Shown piece after piece: positions 54,660-64,000 of a stretch of DNA of 64,000 nucleotides (its first letter is position 1; each line of letters starts with the position of its first letter). The notes beneath the pieces were generated by a model. It was not told the DNA's origin. It searched no databases and worked only from the letters and a program-made list of their open reading frames with translations. This DNA is from an uncultured archaeon (GTDB lineage Archaea; Altiarchaeota; Altiarchaeia; JAFGQM01), in NCBI GenBank assembly GCA_964619365.1, contig CAZUDQ010000002.1, positions 32,001 to 96,000 of the forward strand, written 5' to 3'. The translations under genes were made by a program, and so were the position numbers.

Positions 54660-55826
54660 CTAATTGAGATTTATTAATTTTTGGTTTAAAACATCCCGTA
54701 CCTCTTCTATCTCCAATTTAAGTGAATTTTTAAGCTCTTTAGATCCTATTAAGTTTGAAAAAAGCCCAAAATTTAGAAGCGCGGCTTTTTTTGAATCCTG
54801 CAACATATTTATTTTAAGCATAAGATTAGCCATTTCCTTAGAATATTCTAATTCTTCACCTAAACTTTCATTAAGTCTAGTTATATATTCAGTTAATTCA
54901 CCTGAACCTAGGATAAACTCCGATGCCACTTCTCCCGCAATATTTCCTGCAATAATACCTGGAAGATTGCCCTCAAAGAATGGTTTTATGTTATGATTTG
55001 CGGAGTCCCCAACCAACAAGATGTTATTTTCCATAATTTTTTTATTTTGGGTTAGGGTTACGCCCCCACTACGATCAACGAATGCACTGGCCGATAAAAT
55101 TAAATTCTTTATTTTATTGCTTTGCAAAAAAATATCAAAAGACCTCAGTGCATTTTCCCTAGAACTTACTGAAACCACTCCAATTAGTGCCCTTTTGTTA
55201 TCAATTGGAAAAAGAAATGGATAATCATAAGGAGTCTCCTCATTAAAATACATATAATCAAATTCTGGAGCGTCCAAAGAGATTCCAACATATTCCCTAC
55301 AAACTACGTATGCAACAGTTTTTTTGTTTTGTGGGAATATATTTTCAAAAACTGAGGAATTGACTCCATCCGCCCCGATTATCACCTTAGGTTTTAGTGA
55401 AAATTCATCTTTATAATGACGTATAACTGCCACGGGGTGAGATGTATTGCCATCTTTTATTGAAACGAGTTCATGGCCAGTCAACACCTTAGTACCAGCT
55501 TCCTTTGCCTCTTTTGTAATGTGTTCTAGAAAACCTTTTTTATTGATGCTTAATCCACCCCAGTAGTCCCCAGATAACTCTACAAAAAAATCATCAAGAG
55601 AAAATCGTAGTCCCCTAATTTCTCGAGAAATAAACTTTTTTGGGATTTTAAATGGAAGTTTCCCCATTAAATAGTTGCTAAAACCCTCTCCACATTGAAT
55701 GAAATTTCCGATTTCATCCTTTTTTTCGATTAGGATTGTATTTGCGCCACCTAATGCGGCACTTCTAGCTGCTGCAACACCCGCAGGTCCAGCACCCACC
55801 ACTAAAACATCGCAGTCGTAATCCAT
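54660..55826 (-). CDS. Divergent geranylgeranyl reductase-family FAD oxidoreductase
   Basis: VVGAGPAG, IEKK.EIG..IQCGEG, IGADGVNS and LVGDSA motifs. The YxWxFP motif reads YPFLFP. Confidence 0.8.
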   Translation of the reverse strand: MDYDCDVLVVGAGPAGVAAARSAALGGANTILIEKKDEIGNFIQCGEGFSNYLMGKLPFKIPKKFISREIRGLRFSLDDFFVELSGDYWGGLSINKKGFLEHITKEAKEAGTKVLTGHELVSIKDGNTSHPVAVIRHYKDEFSLKPKVIIGADGVNSSVFENIFPQNKKTVAYVVCREYVGISLDAPEFDYMYFNEETPYDYPFLFPIDNKRALIGVVSVSSRENALRSFDIFLQSNKIKNLILSASAFVDRSGGVTLTQNKKIMENNILLVGDSANHNIKPFFEGNLPGIIAGNIAGEVASEFILGSGELTEYITRLNESLGEELEYSKEMANLMLKINMLQDSKKAALLNFGLFSNLIGSKELKNSLKLEIEEVRDVLNQKLINLN

Positions 55827-55860
55827 ATCTATTTATACAATCCTAGACTAAAAATACATT

Positions 55861-56664
55861 ATGAACCCCACGAATGAATTCTTCACGAACGAAGAAGAAT
55901 TTAACAAATTTTTGGGCATGACTGATCACTATAAAAGTCTTCAGGATAAAGTTGTTAGGCTGGTCAATCCCAAGTCAGGCCAAGTTATAATCGAAGTGGG
56001 TTGCGGGACTGGTTCGACCGCAATAACTCTAGCAAAGAAATGCTCAGAAGCACAGATAATAGCTGTAGACAATAGGGTTGAGGTAATCAAGGAAGCAGAG
56101 CGTATAGCAAAACGGGAAGGTGTAAAGAATATAGATTTTGTAGAACTTGATATGGCAGACATAGGCAACTTTATTCGAAAACACAATATAAACCCTAACA
56201 CCATGTTATTCTTATATTCGTTTCATCACATCCCAGATCCAATATCTAATAAAATAAAGGTAGCAAAAGATATTTTTGATTCCTGCCCAAATGGTACTAA
56301 AGTAATTATCGGCGATGGACTAGTTCCAGTATCTCATACTAACAAAAAATATTCTCAGGAAGTCTTTAAACAAGAAAAGCCGCGTCCCCACCAAACCTAT
56401 CTATCAGTTTTTTGGGAACAATATATTAAAAATCTTGAGTCAGGAATCGCAGATGAAGACTGCATTAAAGATGCGGTCAATATTGCTAAAGAATCTGAAG
56501 AAATGGAAAGGTCCTTTGCAGATATGATAGCAAACAGAGATGGTGAGTTTTTGTTATCTCTAGACGAGTTTAAAAAAGTTTGGACGGACGCAGGTTTTAA
56601 TATTCAAGTATGTGAGGCGATTAATTCTCTTGGAGAAACAATTGCGATTTGTATTAAGGAGTAA
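55861..56664 (+). CDS. Class I SAM-dependent methyltransferase
   Basis: IEVGCGTG, AVD, LDMAD and YSFHHIPD motifs. Confidence 0.85.
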   Translation: MNPTNEFFTNEEEFNKFLGMTDHYKSLQDKVVRLVNPKSGQVIIEVGCGTGSTAITLAKKCSEAQIIAVDNRVEVIKEAERIAKREGVKNIDFVELDMADIGNFIRKHNINPNTMLFLYSFHHIPDPISNKIKVAKDIFDSCPNGTKVIIGDGLVPVSHTNKKYSQEVFKQEKPRPHQTYLSVFWEQYIKNLESGIADEDCIKDAVNIAKESEEMERSFADMIANRDGEFLLSLDEFKKVWTDAGFNIQVCEAINSLGETIAICIKE

Positions 56665-56724
56665 TATATATCAAAGAATATTAACTTATAATTCAATTAA
56701 CAATCCCACATGCTGATTTGTTAT

Positions 56725-57096
56725 CTATGAAGGAATCAGAACAAGCTTCTCAGCCCCGTTTCTCCTAAAATCCCGCACAAGTTCATTTATCTGCGCTCCG
56801 TCTCCAGCCAGAACAAAAAGTTCTGTGCAACGCCCGTCAGCAAGATGTGTGTGAACTTGTGTCTCGATAAGGTCCTCAAAAACGTGCTTGATTTTAGTTA
56901 GCGCCTCCTCTTTTTCCTTTTTGTGTGCCATTATAAGAACGCATTTGGTCTCACCTTCAAGTTTTTCCTGTTTAGTCTCAAGGAGTGCCCGAAGCCCGGT
57001 GCGGAATACATCAGAGCGCGACTTGTAACCGTCGCTTGCAAGAAGCTCATCAACCTTTTTTAGCTCATCACTTTTAATCGAGATTGTTGTTATCAT
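56725..57096 (-). CDS. nikR: NikR-family ribbon-helix-helix metal regulator
   Basis: TISI, GYKSRSDVFR, QVHTHL...CTELFVLAG motifs. Confidence 0.8.
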   Translation of the reverse strand: MITTISIKSDELKKVDELLASDGYKSRSDVFRTGLRALLETKQEKLEGETKCVLIMAHKKEKEEALTKIKHVFEDLIETQVHTHLADGRCTELFVLAGDGAQINELVRDFRRNGAEKLVLIPS

Positions 57097-57128
57097 TTTA
57101 TTAAGTTTAGGGGCTTTTAGCTTAAAAG

Positions 57129-57156
57129 TTATTAACTATTTTATATAAGTTAATAA
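57129..57156. promoter_or_regulatory. Putative NikR-type operator overlapping the TATA box of the znuA promoter
   Basis: TTATTAACT-N10-AGTTAATAA perfect inverted repeat (equivalent to 6-16-6 geometry) with TTATATAA in the centre. Confidence 0.6.
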
Positions 57157-57168
57157 TATAGACTAGCC

Positions 57169-58083
57169 ATGAAAAACAAGCTTCCATTTATTGTTGCCAT
57201 ACTTGTCCTTGCTATGGCACTAAGCATCTCACTTTTTGTCGGAGTCCCAACATATCAGTCCAAATTTCAAAATAAGACAGTTGTTGAGAGTAAACTTGGA
57301 ATTCTTGTAACAATCCCGCCCCAAGAGCAGTTTGTAAAGCGCATTGGAGGCGATAAAGTAGAGGTGACCGTCCTTGTCCCTGCAGGTGCAAGTCCCCATA
57401 CTTACGAGCCAACACCCCAACAGATGACAAAGGCAGCTGGTGCCGACATGTATGCTAAAGTCGGCTCAGGCGTTGAGTTTGAGCTTTCCTGGGCCGGCAA
57501 ACTCGCAGAACTGAATCCTGACATGCTAATTGTCGATTCTTCAAAAGGAGTGATTATTCTTCAGACTGGTGAAGAAGACGAGGAAGACGAAGGCCAGCAT
57601 GAAAGCGGGGACCCACATATATGGAACTCGATTAAAAACGCAAAAATCATGGTTCAAAATGTCTACGACGGACTCGTACAAATAGACCCGCAAAACACAG
57701 ATTATTACAAGGCAAACCTTGATTCTTACTTAACTGAGCTTGATTCCTTAGACAAAAACATCTCAAGCTCCTTAGAAGAAAAGAAGAATAATTACGTTAT
57801 GGTCTACCACGACGCCTGGAACTACCTTGCAAACGATTATGATCTAAATCTCATTTCAATTGAGACTCAAGGAAAAGAGCCAACGCCACAAGGAATTGCG
57901 GCTTTAATCGACCAGGCAAAAAAAGACAATATCACAATAATCTTTGCGTCCCCGGAGTTTAGCACGCAAAGTGCAGAGACAATCGCAAATGAAATCGGAG
58001 GAAGTGTCGCATTAGTCAGCCCCTTGGAAGCTGACTACGTCTCAAATATGGCACGGGTAGCTGAAGCATTCGCAGAGGCATAA
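57169..58083 (+). CDS. znuA: Zn/Mn ABC transporter substrate-binding protein
   Basis: ASPHTYEP, DPHIW, VYHDAW and GKEPT motifs. Confidence 0.88.
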   Translation: MKNKLPFIVAILVLAMALSISLFVGVPTYQSKFQNKTVVESKLGILVTIPPQEQFVKRIGGDKVEVTVLVPAGASPHTYEPTPQQMTKAAGADMYAKVGSGVEFELSWAGKLAELNPDMLIVDSSKGVIILQTGEEDEEDEGQHESGDPHIWNSIKNAKIMVQNVYDGLVQIDPQNTDYYKANLDSYLTELDSLDKNISSSLEEKKNNYVMVYHDAWNYLANDYDLNLISIETQGKEPTPQGIAALIDQAKKDNITIIFASPEFSTQSAETIANEIGGSVALVSPLEADYVSNMARVAEAFAEA

Positions 58084-58090
58084 ACCACAA

Positions 58091-58840
58091 ATGGAAAAAC
58101 TAATCGAACTTAAAGGCATTTCTTTTAACATAGGCCAGACTGAGGTCTTAAAAGATGTTAATTTCTCAATAGGTCCGCGCGACTTTACTGCGGTAATTGG
58201 CCCAAACGGTGGTGGGAAAACGACGCTATTAAAAGTGATATTAGGTCTCATAACACCTGATTCGGGTTCAGTAAAAGTAATGGGGAAAAAGCCTAAAGAA
58301 GGGCGAAACGAGATTGGGTATCTCCCGCAGCACAGCGAGTTTGACTGGCAGTTTCCAATTGATGTAAAAAGCGTTGTTATGATGGGACGCTATCAGGGTC
58401 TTTTTAAGAGATATTCCAAAGAGGACTACGAAATCGCAGAGTCTTCCTTAGACAAAGTCGGGATGCTAAAGTTCAAAGACCGCCAGATAGGGGAGCTTTC
58501 AGGAGGCGAGCTTCAAAGAGTCCTTCTTGCGCGCGCTCTTGCAAGAAAGCCAAAGCTGTTACTCCTTGATGAACCTACGGCAAGTGTTGATCCAGGTATG
58601 CAAAAGTCGTTTTATTCACTTCTTGAAAAGTTGCACAATGACCTTGCGATAATACTTGTGACTCACGATGTGGGGGCTGTCTCAAGCTATGTTGAGGATG
58701 TTGCCTGCATGAATAAGGAGCTTATCTACCATGGTAAGGTTCATAGTATGGGTGATTCTCTAGCAAAGACTTACAAGTGTCCGGTAGATTTAATCGCCCA
58801 TGGCGCTCCTCATAGGGTATTTGAAAAACACAAAAGATGA
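58091..58840 (+). CDS. znuC: Zn/Mn ABC transporter ATPase
   Basis: [18 protein letters not shown] and VTHD motifs. Confidence 0.9.
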   Translation: MEKLIELKGISFNIGQTEVLKDVNFSIGPRDFTAVIGPNGGGKTTLLKVILGLITPDSGSVKVMGKKPKEGRNEIGYLPQHSEFDWQFPIDVKSVVMMGRYQGLFKRYSKEDYEIAESSLDKVGMLKFKDRQIGELSGGELQRVLLARALARKPKLLLLDEPTASVDPGMQKSFYSLLEKLHNDLAIILVTHDVGAVSSYVEDVACMNKELIYHGKVHSMGDSLAKTYKCPVDLIAHGAPHRVFEKHKR

Positions 58841-59637
58841 TTGACATATTTGCTTATGAGTTCATGAGAAACGCGTTTCTTGCAGCATTCCTTGTCAGTG
58901 TTGCCTGCGGGGTTGTAGGCGTCTATGTTTATGTAAAAAGAATTGTCTTTATTAGCGGAGGTATCGCCCACAGTGCATTTGGAGGTCTTGGGATAGGATA
59001 TTTCTTAGGAGTAAACCCGGTCTTTGCGGCAATGCCATTTGGAATACTTTCAGCTATTGCAATAGGCTTAATCTCGCTTAATAAGAAAATCAGCGAGGAC
59101 AGCGCTATCGGCATGCTTTGGAGCCTTGGAATGGCAATTGGTGCGATATTTATCTTCCTGACGCCAGGCTTTGCCCCGGATTTATTTGGTTATCTTTTTG
59201 GAAACATCCTAACAGTCCCATTTTCAGATATCATTTTAATGGCAGTCCTAGATGTCATTATAATAGTCTCAGTAATTGTCTTTTACAAGGAGTTTATGTA
59301 CATTTGTTTTGACCCTGAGTTTGCCTTGATTGTCGGTGTCCCTTCAAAGCTCTTTTACTTACTTTTACTTTGTCTAGTCGCACTTAGCATAGTGGTTCTT
59401 ATCAGCATGGTGGGAATTGTTTTAGTAATTGCTCTTCTTACAATGCCTGCGATGATTGCAAAGCAGTTTACAGACAAGCTTAATGTAATGATGTTTCTTT
59501 CAACAATATGCGGGCTTATAGCTGGCATTTTAGGACTGATTACGTCTTTTTACTTAAATCTTCCTTCGGGCCCGACAATCGTTTTGCTTTTAGCGCTGGG
59601 CTTTTTAATTGCCTTGATATTTAAGAAATTAAGATAA
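58837..59637 (+). CDS. znuB: Zn/Mn ABC transporter permease
   Basis: [15 protein letters not shown] and PSGPTIV motifs. Confidence 0.9.
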   Translation: MIDIFAYEFMRNAFLAAFLVSVACGVVGVYVYVKRIVFISGGIAHSAFGGLGIGYFLGVNPVFAAMPFGILSAIAIGLISLNKKISEDSAIGMLWSLGMAIGAIFIFLTPGFAPDLFGYLFGNILTVPFSDIILMAVLDVIIIVSVIVFYKEFMYICFDPEFALIVGVPSKLFYLLLLCLVALSIVVLISMVGIVLVIALLTMPAMIAKQFTDKLNVMMFLSTICGLIAGILGLITSFYLNLPSGPTIVLLLALGFLIALIFKKLR

Positions 59638-59770
59638 CGATTTTTTGATATTTTCTATTATCTCTGAGAATGCCCCATTATACCGCTTTGTAATCTCAGA
59701 TACAGGTTTCATTTTGACAGTTTAGTGGATTTACCCACATCATCGTTACCACTCACAATCGCTACTTTGT
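59629..59770 (-). pseudogene. Remnant of a MinD/ParA-type P-loop ATPase gene
   Basis: NKVAIVSGNDDVGKST (decayed IAIxSGKGGVGKST), then [27 protein letters not shown]. Lies immediately downstream of the NifX-like gene. Confidence 0.5.
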
Positions 59771-60100
59771 TTTTTCCAGTTTATTATCTATGAATTTGTT
59801 TATTACTTCCTTAACAATTCCATTTCCAATAAAAGTCTCCACTCCAGACTGGGAAAGGATATCAATAGCACGCGGGCCGATTTTTGAATAAATAACAAAA
59901 TCAGTTCCAGCATTGACGATAATTTGTGCCGTTGATATTCCCACGCCACCTGAACTCATGAGTTCTGTATTCTCAATTACTTCAAAGCCATCAATTTTTT
60001 TATCGTTTACATTGACTATGAGAAAATAAGGACATCTCCCAAAACTATCATGAATTTCGGATGAAAGGTCTTTTCCCGTACTGGGTACTGCTATTTTCAT
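59762..60100 (-). CDS. NifB/NifX-family (FeMo-cofactor-binding fold) protein
   Basis: MKIAVPS, SFGRCPYFLIV, GGVGI and IGPRA motifs. ATG at 60100. Confidence 0.88.
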   Translation of the reverse strand: MKIAVPSTGKDLSSEIHDSFGRCPYFLIVNVNDKKIDGFEVIENTELMSSGGVGISTAQIIVNAGTDFVIYSKIGPRAIDILSQSGVETFIGNGIVKEVINKFIDNKLEKTK

Positions 60101-60101
60101 T

Positions 60102-60251
60102 TTAGATGCGTCTTCTTCCGCGACCAAAGCCAGCGCCCCGTACAATTGGGGTTACAGCTTTATTTTCATTATCCTGCGGCGGACAGTTGCCTAAGCCGCG
60201 TCCAGTTCTTGTTCCTTTTCCGTCAGGTCCTGTTCCGTCTCCTCTTGGCAT
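60102..60251 (-). CDS. DUF5320-like small Gly/Arg-rich protein (49 aa, not in the ORF track)
   Basis: MPRGDGTGPDGKGTRTGRGLGNC...GFGRGRRRI*, located between the DUF134 and NifX-like genes. Confidence 0.8.
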   Translation of the reverse strand: MPRGDGTGPDGKGTRTGRGLGNCPPQDNENKAVTPIVRGAGFGRGRRRI

Positions 60252-60257
60252 TTTGTT

Positions 60258-60560
60258 TTACTCCTTTTTTATTTCAATTGCTTTTCCATTTATTATAGCA
60301 TCAGCGATTTTTTCTCTTGCATCATGAAGACTTCGTGCAAGGGTTCTTCTTGAGACGCCCATCTTTGTTGCAGCGTCTTCCTGTTCTAAACTCTCTTTAT
60401 CAATAAGCCTTATAACCTCAAGCTCTTCATGGGTCAAAAAGACAATTTCAAGCTCGTTCATAGGAACACCTAAAGGTTTAAAGTAGTTAGCAATAGGTTC
60501 AATAGCTATTCTTCTACGCATCCTTGGTCGCCCCCGACCTCTACCACAACCACGTCTCAT
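60258..60560 (-). CDS. DUF134 family HTH protein
   Basis: RPRMRRRI, YFKPLG, EELEVIRLID, MGVSRRT and AREKIADAI motifs. Confidence 0.9.
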   Translation of the reverse strand: MRRGCGRGRGRPRMRRRIAIEPIANYFKPLGVPMNELEIVFLTHEELEVIRLIDKESLEQEDAATKMGVSRRTLARSLHDAREKIADAIINGKAIEIKKE

Positions 60561-60590
60561 TGCTTATTATTGAAGTAGCATCTATATAAA

Positions 60591-60604
60591 TGCCCATATG
60601 GGCA
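60591..60604. promoter_or_regulatory. Perfect 14-bp palindrome next to the DUF134 TATA box (candidate operator)
   Basis: TGCCCATATGGGCA directly abutting TTTATATAGA (minus strand, 60581-60590). Confidence 0.5.
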
Positions 60605-60639
60605 ATATTATTTTTATATATGGTATACCTAAGTATACT

Positions 60640-60879
60640 GTGAATATAACGACGGTCAAAGTAGGATTAAAAACAAAGAGTGCTCTTGATTCCTTTAAAC
60701 AGTATAAAAACGAGAGTTATGATGAGGTTATCAATAAGCTGATTTATGTGGCAAAGAACGTAAATTCCCAACCTGAGTTAAGCAAGCAAACAATTGTCGA
60801 AATAGAAACGGCAAGAGCAAGAATAAAAGCCGGCGATTTTTACACAGAAGCAGACATGGCCAAGAAGCTTGGACTTTAA
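60640..60879 (+). CDS. Antitoxin (RHH-like) of a RelE module
   Basis: ITTVKV...NESYDEVINKL...ELS...RIKAGDFYTEAD..KKLGL. GTG at 60640 follows a TATA box and GTATAC-N4-GTATAC. Confidence 0.75.
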   Translation: MNITTVKVGLKTKSALDSFKQYKNESYDEVINKLIYVAKNVNSQPELSKQTIVEIETARARIKAGDFYTEADMAKKLGL

Positions 60880-61137
60880 ATGGGGGTTGAACTAATTTTT
60901 GCTCCTTCCGCATATAAGGAGTTATCTAAATTTAGAAAGGAAATTGCCCAAAGGATATTTAAGAAATGTCAAAAAACCAAAGGAGATCCGCTTGCTTTTT
61001 GGGTTAAGATTACAGATAAGGATTTTTATAAGCTGAGGATCGGAGAGTATAGAGTTATTGCAGATATTAATCTTGAGGATGGGTGCATAGAAGTGATCAA
61101 AGTGGGCCATAGGAAAAACATTTATAAACAAATTTAG
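60880..61137 (+). CDS. relE: RelE/ParE family toxin
   Basis: YKLRIGEYRVI and VGHRKNIY motifs. Confidence 0.9.
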   Translation: MGVELIFAPSAYKELSKFRKEIAQRIFKKCQKTKGDPLAFWVKITDKDFYKLRIGEYRVIADINLEDGCIEVIKVGHRKNIYKQI

Positions 61138-61154
61138 ATTAGCAATTAACCTTA

Positions 61155-61670
61155 TTACATAAGAATACATCTTACAGGAGCGCCTTCGACACCCTTTATT
61201 CTTAGAGGCATACAATAAAGAGTGTATTTTCCTTTCTTTACCTCCTTAAGGTCAAGACCCTCAATGACGATGATGTCCTTAGAGAGTAGCGTTAAGTGGA
61301 CATCCTTAGACCCGATTGTCAGGCACTCGACGCCGACCCCAAAAACCTCCTTTTTGATAAGATACTCAGCTTCGTCTAAGGAGAGTTCTTCCTTCATAAG
61401 GACAAAGTCCCCCCTATTGATATCTACCTCAAAGACATTTTCACAAAATATGGCTGGTGCCTTGATAAGGGCTGGCAGGTCTTCTACATCTTTGGCCCCA
61501 GAGATATAATGGGAAGGCGCGTCAACATGGGTTCCACAGTGAAGGCTCATTTCAATCTTTGAAAGTGCATAGTCGTCCTTTTCAATGGATTTGACCTTAG
61601 TGATTTTAGTCTCCGAGTCGCCAGGATAAACTTCGGTGTCCGGGGATATTTCCCGAGTAATATCAATCAT
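61155..61670 (-). CDS. Cyclase family protein (kynurenine formamidase-like)
   Basis: VYPGD, HCGTHVDAPSH and GAPVR motifs. Confidence 0.88.
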   Translation of the reverse strand: MIDITREISPDTEVYPGDSETKITKVKSIEKDDYALSKIEMSLHCGTHVDAPSHYISGAKDVEDLPALIKAPAIFCENVFEVDINRGDFVLMKEELSLDEAEYLIKKEVFGVGVECLTIGSKDVHLTLLSKDIIVIEGLDLKEVKKGKYTLYCMPLRIKGVEGAPVRCILM

Positions 61671-61801
61671 TTTAAAGTTTTAAGAATATGCTTTAATTAA
61701 GGTAGATACAACTAAAATTCTTTTTAGATTTTTATTCTCACGAAAGCAACATTAGACAAAGCAAGAGTCTTAATGTAAAAAGGCTCTTAAAACTCCCTGC
61801 C

Positions 61802-62683
61802 ATGGATCCCGTATCAATAATATTTGAAATACTTTTCTTTACAGTAATCCCGTTTATCTCAGTCTTTTTCATAGCGTTTCTTTTCCGCATATTTGTAAAG
61901 GAAGATTTTTCGACCTGGATGGGAATAATTATTGGTCTTGCCTTTGTTGGTTTTGACATAGGCATTGTGGGAATCGCTAAGTCTGCAACCCCCATTACCT
62001 TCTTAAAATATCTTGTCATAATGATAATCTCGGCGTGGGCCGCGCGCTTTGGAAACAAGTACGGCAAGGAGTTTCTTAAGCACCAAATCAGGGTGGAAGG
62101 CTACCATATCCTAAAGCGGGGCATCTATAAGGCAAGTGGAAAAAAGTTCATCGAAATAACAATGCCTTCGGCCTCTGAGATTCAGAACATCTACGGCAAA
62201 CGGTCAGTAAGTAATGACCTTAAACGCGAGCTTGGGGGTAGGAAATTTGTCGAACCTGCAGACCTTCCGGTCGAGATTCTTGAAGCAAGGATAAAACGAA
62301 GGCTCATCACTGACTGGCGCATTGGTGATGCTGAAGTCAAGCTAAATGCAATGGGTGTTGTTGTAAAACTTGCAGTATCAGCCAAAAAGTCAAGATTGGG
62401 TGGAAAGCTTCCTGAAGGAAAAGTCCTTTTTTCATTTAAACCTGAAAGCGTCCCATTCGAGCTTTGTTATGGCGACCGCGTTGATGTATTCATCGATAAT
62501 ATCATAGTCCGTGAGGCAGAAGTCCTGAATGTCGAAGATGGTGCAGCCCTTGTCACGCTCCCAATAGCAGATGCCGAGCTTCTTGCGGCAAAGATAGGAA
62601 AAGGCATGCGTCCAGCAGTAATAGCTCTTCCCATCCAAACAATCCGGCAAAGGTCTCAAGACAAAAAAGAGAATAAGAAATAA
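61802..62683 (+). CDS. Membrane protein resembling the core of haloarchaeal TrkA-C-associated proteins
   Basis: Three TMs, then a PADLPVEILEARIKRRL.TDW.IG...GDRVDV pattern. No TrkA-C domain is visible. Confidence 0.45.
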   Translation: MDPVSIIFEILFFTVIPFISVFFIAFLFRIFVKEDFSTWMGIIIGLAFVGFDIGIVGIAKSATPITFLKYLVIMIISAWAARFGNKYGKEFLKHQIRVEGYHILKRGIYKASGKKFIEITMPSASEIQNIYGKRSVSNDLKRELGGRKFVEPADLPVEILEARIKRRLITDWRIGDAEVKLNAMGVVVKLAVSAKKSRLGGKLPEGKVLFSFKPESVPFELCYGDRVDVFIDNIIVREAEVLNVEDGAALVTLPIADAELLAAKIGKGMRPAVIALPIQTIRQRSQDKKENKK

Positions 62684-62685
62684 AA

Positions 62686-63987
62686 TTAAAACCCGTAATC
62701 CTTAAACTTGGATTTTATGTCCTCTAAACTATAATCAAGAGTCCAGTCATCGTAATAAAAAAGATCTTCCTCATTTATAACTGCGTGCAATTCGTCAAAG
62801 ACACTTGATGCGCGACCCTGATAAATCCCCGTCTGTGGTTCGAAAAGATATAAATCCTCTAGGTACTCTTCATCGTCAAGCTCAGGGTCTCCACCGGAAG
62901 ATATACCAACTTCACAATGCCCATCACCGTTTTTAAGCTCTCCACAGACCACAAAAATATCCTCGGTGTCTACTCCAGTGATATATTTCCTGTCGCAGCC
63001 AAGCGAGTCGCAGTACCAAGTGGCTTCATCCTGAAGAACTAGCTCATAATCGCTACAGTAGTAATCAACCCGCTCAAGTTCGTCGCGAAGCCATGCCGCG
63101 GCAAATACTGAGTAATCATCGCAGTCGCCTTCCTTGTCATCCCAGAAGTCCTCACAGCTTGATACAAACTGGCTGTCATCGTCACGATCATCATCATCGC
63201 TATAATCAAAACAGGATGCCATGCCTTGCCCCAAGTCAAAAGTATAGACATAACAGCCTGACCCATAACCTATTGAAGGGTCGGCGCAATCGTCGTGTAC
63301 GTCCTCAAGTATGTCTGAAGGGAGATCTGCATTATTTGTCACCCAGTTAAAGAGTGAGATTAGGTCGTCATAGGCATCAGAAACCAAATCATGCAGTTCT
63401 GTAAGCTCTTCTGTTGCATCCTCGAGTTCTTGAGAAGTTATCTGAAGCTTGCCTGAGGCATCAGTATATTTATCCTGCCACTCTTTGATGTCGGCCTCAA
63501 GTGCGGAAATATCTGACTTCAAAGTTGAAAGTTCTCTGTTTAACCCAGATATCTCGCTAGCTTTCTGTGCGATGTTTGTGTCTTTTGCAGAGATTCTTGC
63601 AGTCATTTCAGTCTTATACCCATCAAATTCTGTCTTTACGGCGGACAGTTCGGATTCCAATACTGAAATATCGTTTCTTAAGCCTGCAATAATCCCGTCT
63701 TTATTCCCCAATTCAAGGTACATAAGGGTCGAGACAACTGCGATTATAACAATTAAGGCAATTATAATCATAAAGACTGGTGTTAAGAATGGCAAGTTAA
63801 ATTCCTTTTTGGGTTTTGTTGAATCTTTGCTAAATGGGGGTGTTAGTAAAGACTTGTCGTCTACAGGTTTAAGAGTACTGCTCAGGGGAGTTTTATCTTC
63901 TCCCGACGAATCAAGGATATACCCGCATTTTTTACAAACCGTACGCTTCCCGTGTATGATGTCTCCGCACTTAGGGCACCTTTTCAT
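62686..63987 (-). CDS. Zinc ribbon - TM - coiled coil - transglutaminase-like protein
   Basis: MKRCPKCG...CKKCG, TM, long coiled coil, EGDCDDY, GHCEV and FEPQ motifs. Confidence 0.75.
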   Translation of the reverse strand: MKRCPKCGDIIHGKRTVCKKCGYILDSSGEDKTPLSSTLKPVDDKSLLTPPFSKDSTKPKKEFNLPFLTPVFMIIIALIVIIAVVSTLMYLELGNKDGIIAGLRNDISVLESELSAVKTEFDGYKTEMTARISAKDTNIAQKASEISGLNRELSTLKSDISALEADIKEWQDKYTDASGKLQITSQELEDATEELTELHDLVSDAYDDLISLFNWVTNNADLPSDILEDVHDDCADPSIGYGSGCYVYTFDLGQGMASCFDYSDDDDRDDDSQFVSSCEDFWDDKEGDCDDYSVFAAAWLRDELERVDYYCSDYELVLQDEATWYCDSLGCDRKYITGVDTEDIFVVCGELKNGDGHCEVGISSGGDPELDDEEYLEDLYLFEPQTGIYQGRASSVFDELHAVINEEDLFYYDDWTLDYSLEDIKSKFKDYGF

Positions 63988-64000
63988 TTTTTTTATGTTA

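Noticed and set aside
59762-60100. Nitrogen fixation gene
   Set aside because: NifX-fold proteins with DUF134 are widespread in non-diazotrophs, and no nif genes are present.

Overview
Gene-dense archaeal chromosomal segment. It carries rpl15e, separate priS and priL, PCNA, rpoL, csl4, elp3, herA and a prepilin peptidase. Compact intergenics and a giant surface protein suggest a DPANN-like lineage with an unfused primase (inference). I found no rRNA, tRNA, CRISPR array, integrase, transposase or reverse transcriptase. The main points of interest are: (1) two KaiC-like ATPase cassettes (7.1-11.2 kb and 51.7-56.7 kb) that pair small-molecule sensor domains (tandem V4R; Roadblock plus FIST) with catalytically altered paralogs of archaeal ether-lipid enzymes (GGGP synthase-like plus HAD; geranylgeranyl reductase-like plus methyltransferase), a candidate 'make and sense a prenylated signal' system; (2) a 23-28 bp palindromic element in three copies, one in-frame inside a CDS; (3) a 4275-aa mosaic adhesin with near-identical DNA frames around variable LamG cores; (4) several pseudogene remnants, unannotated small ORFs and candidate operators. 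All family assignments are from motif recognition by eye, not from database searches.
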